DNA of 32,221 bases, from the IMG/VR virus record IMGVR_UViG_3300025860_000002, one strand, 5' to 3'. Below the pieces are notes generated by a model. It had not been told where the DNA came from and did not search any database. It saw only the letters and a list, made by a program, of their open reading frames with translations. The position numbers and the translations under genes were made by a program. The DNA comes from a virus. This document shows positions 1-6,288 of this stretch, in pieces; position 1 is the stretch's first letter, and each line of letters opens with the position of its first letter.

Positions 1-127
1 ACGAGATTCGAGCCATTCTCGACAAGCATATTGCCGAGTATATGGCCCGTGGCGGCAAGATTCGCCAGATGGAACCCGGTGCGATTACCGAGAAATTCAA
101 TATTCACGATGCGTCGTTCGATATTCG
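1..127. repeat. 127-bp exact terminal direct repeat, copy 1 (identical to 32095..32221); circular-assembly overlap
   Basis: Read directly: acgagattcgagccattctcgacaag...gcgtcgttcgatattcg is present at both window ends. An ORF is continuous across the junction. Confidence 0.95.
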
Positions 128-203
128 CAACGAAAGAGTGAAGCACGCCAAAGAGAAAGAGAATCGCGAGCTGATGGTTAAGCGTCTGAGCGAGAAGGGA
201 TAA
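3..203 (+). CDS. 3' part of a junction-spanning gene (starts at 32052); 81-aa small charged protein, hypothetical
   Basis: The frame opened by ATG 32052 continues through the repeat and ends at TAA 201-203. Product is MFEDEDLIDKRKEKDEIRAILDKHIAEYMARGGKIRQMEPGAITEKF... A canonical terminator follows. Confidence 0.6.
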   Translation, partial: EIRAILDKHIAEYMARGGKIRQMEPGAITEKFNIHDASFDIRNERVKHAKEKENRELMVKRLSEKG

Positions 204-780
204 AAAAAGCCCCAGCGGGAGGTCTGGGGCTTCTTTTTGGAACGCAGTGGAGATATACTACGACCAGTCGGACGAGTTATTGGGACTCTGGCCGATACGC
301 TACAGGATTAGCCCATCGGGTTCCGATGCAGGAATTATCGCAACTGATAGTGTATCGAGTCAAGAAATACCCCAATATATAGCGAATCTGACTACAAATC
401 GGCGAAATATGCCGATCGGTGCGATGAATTCAGACCGAAACTCTCGAATATGCCGAGCTGGGGCTTTAAACAGCGGCCGAAAGGCGACGATCAAGCACTC
501 AAATAAAGCGATGCCCGTCCTTCCCGTCTGACGGCTCGCGCCCATAGAGTTAAACTCGGCAGAGTGCGAGAGATTTTATCCAAATGCCGCAGCTCAAGAA
601 ATTGAGCGGGGAGTCGATTCACCATTGTGGATCGGGATATTGAGTATCCGGCCAGTTGGCCGTCGCTTCGGCGAACGTAGGGACTAGCAGTAGGATAGAG
701 CTGCTGGCCTCTATGGGAGAAAAAGACGGGGCGTGCGCGTCGTTTAGAAAACCAACAAAAATGTTCGTCGGGAGGCGATT
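204..780. other. 577-nt non-coding region, the largest gap in the genome; candidate replication origin and/or structured leader or ncRNA
   Basis: No ORF has an SD site or plausible composition. Many local hairpins, including GNRA and UUCG tetraloops, and a 10-nt direct repeat AATATGCCGA at 406-415 and 447-456. Confidence 0.5.
209..238 (+). terminator. Rho-independent terminator (A-tract upstream, so possibly bidirectional)
   Basis: GCCCCAG (209-215), 8-nt loop, CTGGGGC (224-230), then TTCTTTTT. Sits immediately after the stop codon at 201-203. Confidence 0.8.
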
Positions 781-2277
781 ATGGAACTGAGAGATCACCA
801 GATAAAAGCGATCGAAATGATCCGGGAGTCATTCAAGCAGGGCAATCGCCGGGTAATGCTGGCGGCTTGCTGCTCGTTCGGGAAGACGATCACGGCGGCG
901 TATATGATGAAGTGCGCAGCGGCGACTCGACCAGACGGAAGCCCGGGCAAGCGCGTTATCTTTCTCGCAGACCGCGTGAAGCTCGTCGAGCAGACGATGG
1001 ACGCATTCGAAGCGATGGGACTAGACTTCGGAGTGATTCAAGCCGATCACTGGAGAACAGACCCGAGAAAGCAAATTCAGATCGCATCTATCCAGACCAT
1101 CGCTCGGCGCAGACGACCGCCAGAGTTCGATTTCGCTATCGTCGACGAAGCTCATACGCCGTGGAAAACAGTCACTGATCTGATGGATCGCTATTCAAAC
1201 GTCAAGTTCGTGGGATTGAGCGCGACCCCATATTCGAAGGGCTTACAAAAATTCTGGGACGATCTAGTCATTCCGTGTACCGCTGCTGATCTACTAGAGC
1301 AGGGCTATCTCGCCCCGGTTCATTACTACGGCGGCGCGAAGATCGACACGAAGGGACTCAAAGCGAAAGCTCTCTCGACAGGCGGCAGCGACTTCGATCC
1401 CAATGATCTCGCCCGGGCGACCGAAGAAGACCAGCATCTCACTGGCGATATTATTCGCAACTGGCTCGAACACGGAGAGAACTCTCAGACCATCGCATTC
1501 TCGCCATCGATTAAGCACTCAAAGTATCTGGTCGAGATGTTCCGGGCTGCGGGAATCTCAGCGCAGCACATCGATGGCTATACCGACGAGAAGACGAGAG
1601 CGGAACTCTACCGGGGACACGAAGCCGGAGAGTTTAAGATTCTCAGTTGCTCCAAGCTGCTCGGAGTCGGATACGACAGTCCGCAGACCAGATGCTTGAT
1701 CGATTGTAGTCCAACGAAATCGGCTATTTCGTACCAGCAAAAAGCGGGAAGAATTCAAAGGCTGCACGAGTCGAAGCCCTATAGCATCTATCTCGATCAC
1801 GCCGGAAACGTCGGCAGGTTCGGCTACGCTCACACGATGGAAGTATCAGAACTCGACTCTGGCGACCGTAAATTCTCTGAGAAAAATCAGCTCAAGAAAA
1901 AAGAGAAAGCAGATGGATCGACCAGAGAGTGCCCGCGCTGTCAGAAAATCATGATGGGCCTTCGATGCGCTTGCGGCTACGAGCTGACAATCACCGAGCG
2001 GCTCGAATCAGATAGCACGATGCTAGTCAGGATCGACGACAAGCCAGCGGCTCCGACGAAAGCCGAGAAGTCTATGTGGTACTCGAATCTGCTCCGGCAC
2101 TCTCGCCAGAAAGGATGGAAAGACGGCTGGGCATCGCACAAGTACAAGAAGCGATTTGGAGTCTGGCCGAAGGGTTTATCGGTAAATTTAAAGGCAGAAA
2201 TCGTCCCGGAGGTCGCAAACTGGATAAAATCGCAGCAAATTGCTGCCGCTAAGTCTCGGAAATATAACAAGTTTTAA
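781..2277 (+). CDS. SF2 (DEAD/DEAH-type) DNA helicase with C-terminal zinc ribbon
   Basis: Walker A CCSFGKT. Motif II VDEAH. Helicase C-domain motifs (QQKAGRIQR). CPRCQ...CACGY zinc ribbon. GGGAGG SD 7 nt upstream of the ATG. Confidence 0.9.
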   Translation: MELRDHQIKAIEMIRESFKQGNRRVMLAACCSFGKTITAAYMMKCAAATRPDGSPGKRVIFLADRVKLVEQTMDAFEAMGLDFGVIQADHWRTDPRKQIQIASIQTIARRRRPPEFDFAIVDEAHTPWKTVTDLMDRYSNVKFVGLSATPYSKGLQKFWDDLVIPCTAADLLEQGYLAPVHYYGGAKIDTKGLKAKALSTGGSDFDPNDLARATEEDQHLTGDIIRNWLEHGENSQTIAFSPSIKHSKYLVEMFRAAGISAQHIDGYTDEKTRAELYRGHEAGEFKILSCSKLLGVGYDSPQTRCLIDCSPTKSAISYQQKAGRIQRLHESKPYSIYLDHAGNVGRFGYAHTMEVSELDSGDRKFSEKNQLKKKEKADGSTRECPRCQKIMMGLRCACGYELTITERLESDSTMLVRIDDKPAAPTKAEKSMWYSNLLRHSRQKGWKDGWASHKYKKRFGVWPKGLSVNLKAEIVPEVANWIKSQQIAAAKSRKYNKF

Positions 2278-2282
2278 TTTAG

Positions 2283-2345
2283 TGAACGAAAGTGTGATTT
2301 ATTTTGAACGAAAGTGTTCCTTTTTAGTTTTAGCTGGTGTATAAA
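2283..2345 (+). promoter_or_regulatory. Candidate early promoter with two 13-bp direct repeats (operator or activator sites)
   Basis: TGAACGAAAGTGT at 2283-2295 and 2305-2317, with starts 22 bp apart. The second copy overlaps the -35 position of a -10 like TATAAA (2340-2345) that is preceded by TG. Confidence 0.45.
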
Positions 2346-2385
2346 ATACCCAACAGCAACGGAAACACACCAACGGGAGCAAGAC

Positions 2386-2643
2386 ATGAACAACTCAAAC
2401 ATCGCAAACATCGGCCAAGTAATTCGCGCATACGACTTCGCTTCAACTAAAGAAGAATTTATTCAGGGACGCGTTATAGCGAAAGGCATGATCGCGCATC
2501 CGCGCACTGGCCAGAATGTTTTTGAAGGATTCACTATCAAGATCGAGTCTGAAGGTAACGGCGACGATCGCGTCGGCGACACTGGCTACGTTCCATTCGA
2601 TAATTTTAGAGATTGGGATGGCCGAATCGAGCTGATAGGCTAA
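2386..2643 (+). CDS. hypothetical protein (85 aa)
   Basis: ATG 2386 has a GGGAG SD 6 nt upstream. The longer GTG-2314 version would include the promoter and is disfavoured. Confidence 0.65.
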   Translation: MNNSNIANIGQVIRAYDFASTKEEFIQGRVIAKGMIAHPRTGQNVFEGFTIKIESEGNGDDRVGDTGYVPFDNFRDWDGRIELIG

Positions 2644-2666
2644 TTCAATCGCGCCCTTCGGGGCGC
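2641..2666 (+). repeat. 26-nt direct repeat, copy 1: TAATTCAATCGCGCCCTTCGGGGCGC (stop codon plus GCGCCC-UUCG-GGGCGC hairpin)
   Basis: Identical 26-mer at 2886-2911. Perfect 6-bp GC stem closed by a UUCG tetraloop (2651-2666), with a weak T-run after it. Confidence 0.85.
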
Positions 2667-2684
2667 ATCTTTCGGGAGAATAAA

Positions 2685-2888
2685 ATGGACGTTTTTGATC
2701 GCATAGAGCTAGAAGCAAAGAGCGTTAATTTGAGCGAATATGCAGTAGCGCAAAATAAGGCTCAATTTATAGAGCAAATCATGTTCGAAGAGCAGCTTTA
2801 TCCAAAAGATCGCACTCTTTATCGCGGCTGCGTAGAGTATTTCGACGAGTTATTGTGGAAAGCCGCAAAGTCGAAAAATCTTATCTAA
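2685..2888 (+). CDS. hypothetical protein (67 aa)
   Basis: ATG 2685 preceded by GGGAG. The longer TTG-2613 version would cross the hairpin and is disfavoured. Confidence 0.6.
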   Translation: MDVFDRIELEAKSVNLSEYAVAQNKAQFIEQIMFEEQLYPKDRTLYRGCVEYFDELLWKAAKSKNLI

Positions 2889-2911
2889 TTCAATCGCGCC
2901 CTTCGGGGCGC
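2886..2911 (+). repeat. 26-nt direct repeat, copy 2 (stop codon plus UUCG hairpin at 2896-2911)
   Basis: Exact copy of 2641-2666. Confidence 0.85.
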
Positions 2912-2930
2912 TTCTCGCCGGGAGGCACTC

Positions 2931-3137
2931 ATGACAGAACGCGATCTCATTATTAACACTCTCGCACTCGCTGCGATTCTTTTGGTCTTCACGGCTCTTT
3001 TGATTGTCGGCGCTACGGACGCAGACGAAGCCAGCATCGAAGAAGCTGATTACTGCTCGATGACCGCTTTATTCGCCGAGACTAATGGCGAGTTTGGCTG
3101 GCCCGCGTATAATCAGGGTATTAATTGTGAGGGCTGA
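2931..3137 (+). CDS. small membrane protein (68 aa, one TM helix)
   Basis: GGGAGG SD. Hydrophobic stretch LIINTLALAAILLVFTALLIVGA followed by an acidic tail. Confidence 0.6.
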   Translation: MTERDLIINTLALAAILLVFTALLIVGATDADEASIEEADYCSMTALFAETNGEFGWPAYNQGINCEG

Positions 3138-3139
3138 AA

Positions 3140-3376
3140 ATGAAATATCACAACAATGGCCGGAACTGCTCTATCTGCGGCATTCACTTGCCGATTCGGG
3201 CATCCGTCTGCGATCCGTGTAAGGATCTAAACTCAAAAATGAATGAACTCTGGATAATTAGGGGCGAAGCAAATGCAAGCGATAACGATCTACAGGGCGA
3301 AGAATCTGTCTCAGGCAGCGCATCGACAGGAAGCAATCCCGAATGCGATGGAGTTGCCGATCGGGCTTATAACTAA
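3140..3376 (+). CDS. small Cys-rich (zinc-finger-like) protein
   Basis: CSICG...CDPC motif in the N-terminal half. The low-complexity C-terminal tail overlaps the next ORF by 104 nt. Confidence 0.45.
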   Translation: MKYHNNGRNCSICGIHLPIRASVCDPCKDLNSKMNELWIIRGEANASDNDLQGEESVSGSASTGSNPECDGVADRAYN

Positions 3377-3638
3377 GTGGCAGAATCTGGAGCCGCTTAT
3401 ATCGAAGAAGAAGATCGAATACTTTAATGGCGACGACGGCAACGTCTGGGCGGTAAGCGATTCTCTGTTTCTGTACAAAGTCTCAGAAGAGAACCCGGTT
3501 CACGAAAAGGTTCGAATCGTTGGCATTCTGCGCCAGAACGAAGACAGCAAAGAACTGGTATTCGACTCCGAGATGTTCGAAGATACGGACGAGCATAGAC
3601 ATTACGCTCGCAAAAACAATCTATTGCTGCTGGTATAG
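3273..3638 (+). CDS. hypothetical protein (121 aa)
   Basis: ATG 3273 with AGGGG SD 8 nt upstream and protein-like composition. An alternative start at 3348 would reduce the overlap. Confidence 0.6.
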   Translation: MQAITIYRAKNLSQAAHRQEAIPNAMELPIGLITKWQNLEPLISKKKIEYFNGDDGNVWAVSDSLFLYKVSEENPVHEKVRIVGILRQNEDSKELVFDSEMFEDTDEHRHYARKNNLLLLV

Positions 3639-3647
3639 GAGACAAGC

Positions 3648-3770
3648 ATGGAAAGGGATTCACTGGACGCCGATCTGGATCGGTGGCAAGACGAGCAAGA
3701 CGAAGACGCGAACGACATGGAAATTGATCGACTGGAATGGCTCGCAGATAACTGCGATTTTGAAGACTAA
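3648..3770 (+). CDS. hyper-acidic microprotein (40 aa; 18 Asp/Glu), absent from the ORF track
   Basis: AGGAG SD at 3637-3641, ATG 3648, TAA 3768-3770. Product MERDSLDADLDRWQDEQDEDANDMEIDRLEWLADNCDFED. It fills an otherwise empty gap between genes. Confidence 0.55.
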   Translation: MERDSLDADLDRWQDEQDEDANDMEIDRLEWLADNCDFED

Positions 3771-3790
3771 AATTTTCCCGGGAGGAAATT

Positions 3791-4231
3791 ATGGAAATCA
3801 CTGCAAAACTCAACCGAGCTATCGAAGCTCACATCGAAGCGAACGTCGACCAATATATTCAATTTGGCGAGTTCGACCCATCTCTCTCTGCTCTACGCAA
3901 TACGGTTCGACTCATCGAAGATTACTCCGATACGTCGTATCTGTATGAAGCAATCGACGGAGACACTGAGATCGCCAGAGATCTCTATCTGCTCGCTTTT
4001 GACCGCGAATACTATCAAGAGTCACCAGTGGTACTTAAACTGCGCAAAAGGCTCATAAATAACGCATCTCGCATTCTCTGCAAGTACGAGCATCTCGCAT
4101 GGCGTCTCTGGGACGATAATCTCGGCATAGATCAATCGCCCGGGGAACCAGACATAAACGTCCAGATGCCGGAACTCAGAGCGATGGGCAAGCTGATCGC
4201 TGACTTCGAAACGGAGTTTGCGAAGATATGA
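3791..4231 (+). CDS. hypothetical protein (146 aa)
   Basis: GGGAGG SD, and an ATGA overlap with the next gene. Confidence 0.7.
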   Translation: MEITAKLNRAIEAHIEANVDQYIQFGEFDPSLSALRNTVRLIEDYSDTSYLYEAIDGDTEIARDLYLLAFDREYYQESPVVLKLRKRLINNASRILCKYEHLAWRLWDDNLGIDQSPGEPDINVQMPELRAMGKLIADFETEFAKI

Positions 4232-4410
4232 AATGGATTCTAATTCTCAAAATAATAATCGCCGGGCAGACTAGCGTCGAAACTAGAGAGTTCCCGACTG
4301 AGGCAACGTGCAATCTCAACGGCCGAGTCTGGTTATCCGAGCAACTAATAAAGGTCGAAGATGAGATATTTTCGATCACTTACGAGTGCAAAAATGATTC
4401 TATTCGATAA
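4228..4410 (+). CDS. small protein with hydrophobic N-terminus (signal or TM-like) and two Cys
   Basis: MKWILILKIIIAG... leader. Start is coupled to the upstream stop (ATGA). Confidence 0.55.
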   Translation: MKWILILKIIIAGQTSVETREFPTEATCNLNGRVWLSEQLIKVEDEIFSITYECKNDSIR

Positions 4411-4570
4411 GTTCGAAGACGCTCTGGAGGAAGCCGAGTGGTGCGCCAAGACAGACCGGGCGATCTACTACATAGTTCTCTGGAAGGGCCAATTCAGGGT
4501 GTCAAAGAAGCGCCGCATTCAGCTCACCAGAGCGCGGCTCGAAGTAGGATTCGGGGAGGCAGGGAAATGA
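4361..4570 (+). CDS. hypothetical protein (start 4361, or 4394 for a 58-aa version)
   Basis: AAAGG lies 6 nt before ATG 4361. ATG 4394 would reduce the overlap with the previous gene to 17 nt. Confidence 0.55.
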   Translation: MRYFRSLTSAKMILFDKFEDALEEAEWCAKTDRAIYYIVLWKGQFRVSKKRRIQLTRARLEVGFGEAGK

Positions 4571-4719
4571 GCGACGGATCATGGGCTGGCGGCAAAGGCT
4601 CAAAGCCGAGAAAAGTCGACCGGAAGAAGTTCGACGATAATTACGACCGGATATTCGGCAAGTCTAAACCGCGTGAAAATGTGGAAAAAGACAAAAAGAA
4701 GGCGCAGAAAAGTGATTAA
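4567..4719 (+). CDS. small basic protein (50 aa)
   Basis: ATGA overlap with the upstream stop. Product MSDGSWAGGKGSKPRKVDRKKFDDNYDRIFG..., a motif I recall from small conserved phage proteins of unknown function. Confidence 0.6.
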   Translation: MSDGSWAGGKGSKPRKVDRKKFDDNYDRIFGKSKPRENVEKDKKKAQKSD

Positions 4720-5452
4720 GTATCACGGAACGCCAATCGGCGGTAAAACAACAGACGCAGCGGAACTTCTTAGAGGTAGGCATGGGCTGGTAAGTATTGC
4801 GCATCCAGAGCAGTTAAATGTGGTTCTGGAGAACTGCCAATCTTTTGTTCTCGATAACGGGGCTTTCAGTGAGTGGAAGAAATCTGGAAGCGAGATTGAC
4901 TTCGACGCTTATGCGGACTGGGTAAAGTCTCTCTATCGGCATCCGAATTTTGATTGGTGTTTAATTCCAGACAAGATCGACGGAACAGAGGAAGAGAATG
5001 TTCAGCTCGTTAATAAATGGCTCAGAATGGGCTTAAGAGCAAAAGGCGTTCCGATCTGGCATCTTCACGAGAGTTTGGAGTGGCTGGAATGGATGATCGA
5101 CCGATTCGAGTGGGTAGCAATCGGCAGTTCTGGGCAGTGGGCTACTCCGAACACAAAGGGATGGTGGGCGAGAATGGGTGAAGCAATGAGTGTCTGCTGC
5201 GACTCAGAAGGACGGCCAAGAGCTAAACTTCACGGCTTAAGAATGCTCGATCCGAGTATATTTACCAATCTGCCATTAGCATCTGCCGATAGCACTAATG
5301 CTGCCAGAAATAATAACCAGCTAAGTCGGTTCGGTATGTATGCGCCGCCATCTGCCGGGCAAAGGGCATCAAATATAGCGGCCAGAATTGAATCGTTTAA
5401 CTCTGCTCCGGTCTGGCTGGGTAAAAAACAGCAATCTCTGGATCTCTTCTAA
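4712..5452 (+). CDS. candidate DpdA-like DNA transglycosylase (tRNA-guanine transglycosylase superfamily); otherwise hypothetical
   Basis: FVLDNGAFSEW resembles the TGT/DpdA DSGGF/DSGAF catalytic-Asp motif. LHGLRML...LASADSTNAARN resembles the distal DpdA HGxG...SxDS motif. GTG 4712 has AGAAGG 9 nt upstream; alternative starts are 4673 and 4679. Confidence 0.4.
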   Translation: MIKYHGTPIGGKTTDAAELLRGRHGLVSIAHPEQLNVVLENCQSFVLDNGAFSEWKKSGSEIDFDAYADWVKSLYRHPNFDWCLIPDKIDGTEEENVQLVNKWLRMGLRAKGVPIWHLHESLEWLEWMIDRFEWVAIGSSGQWATPNTKGWWARMGEAMSVCCDSEGRPRAKLHGLRMLDPSIFTNLPLASADSTNAARNNNQLSRFGMYAPPSAGQRASNIAARIESFNSAPVWLGKKQQSLDLF

Positions 5453-5859
5453 TGATTAGCCCGCTGCTATGCGTCGCAATGGCTGTTTATTTTGAGGCCC
5501 GGGGAGAGCAGCAAATCGCCGGGCTGATAGCGGTCGCAGAGGTTATCGAAAATCGTGTTCAAGACTCTCGGTTCCCGGACGATCACTGCTCGGTCGTTAA
5601 GCAGGGGCGATACTGGGGCGGGCATCCGATCAAGCACCAGTGTCAGTTCACCTTCTACTGCGACAGGAAGCCGGAGACGGTCAGAGACCATGAATCTTGG
5701 CGAACTGCTCTACTGGTAGCAAGCAAAGCGCTAAACGGTGAATTCGTCCCGGTAACACATGGGGCAACTCACTATCACGCGAAGTCGGTCAATCCGTACT
5801 GGTCTCACGCCGGGGAGCTGACTCAGGCCATCGGAAGCCATTTATTCTATAAGCTCTGA
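5452..5859 (+). CDS. SleB-type cell wall hydrolase (Hydrolase_2 family)
   Basis: AVYFEARGE...AVAEVIENRV...FP...QFTF...HYH pattern typical of SleB-like hydrolases. TAATG overlap with the previous gene. Confidence 0.8.
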   Translation: MISPLLCVAMAVYFEARGEQQIAGLIAVAEVIENRVQDSRFPDDHCSVVKQGRYWGGHPIKHQCQFTFYCDRKPETVRDHESWRTALLVASKALNGEFVPVTHGATHYHAKSVNPYWSHAGELTQAIGSHLFYKL

Positions 5860-5862
5860 TTG

Positions 5863-5871
5863 TGCTATACT
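5863..5871 (+). promoter_or_regulatory. Extended -10 promoter element TGcTATACT upstream of the packaging genes
   Basis: tgTGcTATACT read directly. Same architecture as the elements at 11146-11154 and 24793-24801. Confidence 0.45.
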
Positions 5872-5919
5872 CTGCGGGTGCGATGCTTGGGGCGTCGCTA
5901 TCATTGCGCGGGGCTGCAA

Positions 5920-6288
5920 ATGAAGAAAGGAAATCAGGGCGACGGCGGTGGTCGTCCGCTAATCGTATTCGATGACACTCAAATCGCACAGGTCGAAGCG
6001 CTGGCCGCAGTGCTATCCAAAAAGCAACTTGCCGACCATATGGGCATCTCTGACACAACTCTCAGGGAGATAGAAGCTCGTCAGCCAGATGTTTCTGATG
6101 CGTATAAAAGAGGAAAGGCCAAAGCAATCAGTCGCATGGGCCAGTCTCTCATCATGCAAGCCGAAGACGGTAACACGTCGGCAGCGATCTTCTATCTGAA
6201 GACGCAAGCAGGATGGCGCGAAGCAGATCAAGATCTCGGCAATCACAATATTACTCTGCAAATTGTGAAGCCAGATGGCGCAAATTAG
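5920..6288 (+). CDS. terS: terminase small subunit (122 aa)
   Basis: Lies directly upstream of and overlapping TerL. Has an HTH-like segment (KKQLADHMGISDTTLREIE) and the GNTSAAIFYLKTQAGWRE motif common in TerS proteins. Confidence 0.8.
   Translation: MKKGNQGDGGGRPLIVFDDTQIAQVEALAAVLSKKQLADHMGISDTTLREIEARQPDVSDAYKRGKAKAISRMGQSLIMQAEDGNTSAAIFYLKTQAGWREADQDLGNHNITLQIVKPDGAN

Noticed and set aside
1-127. Terminal repeat as a genuine biological direct terminal repeat (DTR)
   Set aside because: A coding sequence reads straight through the junction, and 127 bp is exactly a commonly used maximal assembler k-mer, so a circular-assembly overlap is more likely. This cannot be excluded without read coverage.
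247-531. 94-aa + strand ORF (GTG start) and the 61-aa minus-strand ORF 360-545 inside the large gap
   Set aside because: There is no Shine-Dalgarno site. Composition is Arg/Ser/Ile-rich and junk-like. The region is better explained by hairpins and repeats. The ATG-initiated sub-ORFs I translated are 18-40 aa with no support.
2314-2643. Longer non-ATG versions of several ORFs (GTG 2314, TTG 2613, TTG 5860, ATG 30054, ATG 31090, ATG 28962)
   Set aside because: The extensions run through promoters or hairpins and lack SD sites. In each case an internal ATG has a strong GGAG-type SD at correct spacing.
3509-3517. tRNA T-arm-like GGTTCGAAT motifs (3509-3517 and 7120-7128)
   Set aside because: Both lie inside well-supported CDSs, and I could not build an acceptor or anticodon stem around either. 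No tRNA is called.
3520-3948. Alternative-frame + strand ORFs (3520-3948, 6778-7089, 7569-7844, 13162-13569, 26164-26385, 30696-30983 and others)
   Set aside because: Each overlaps a better-supported gene in another frame and has Arg/Ser-rich shadow-ORF composition. Two of them (13162-13569 and 26164-26385) hide the real small genes 13068-13229 and 26270-26410.
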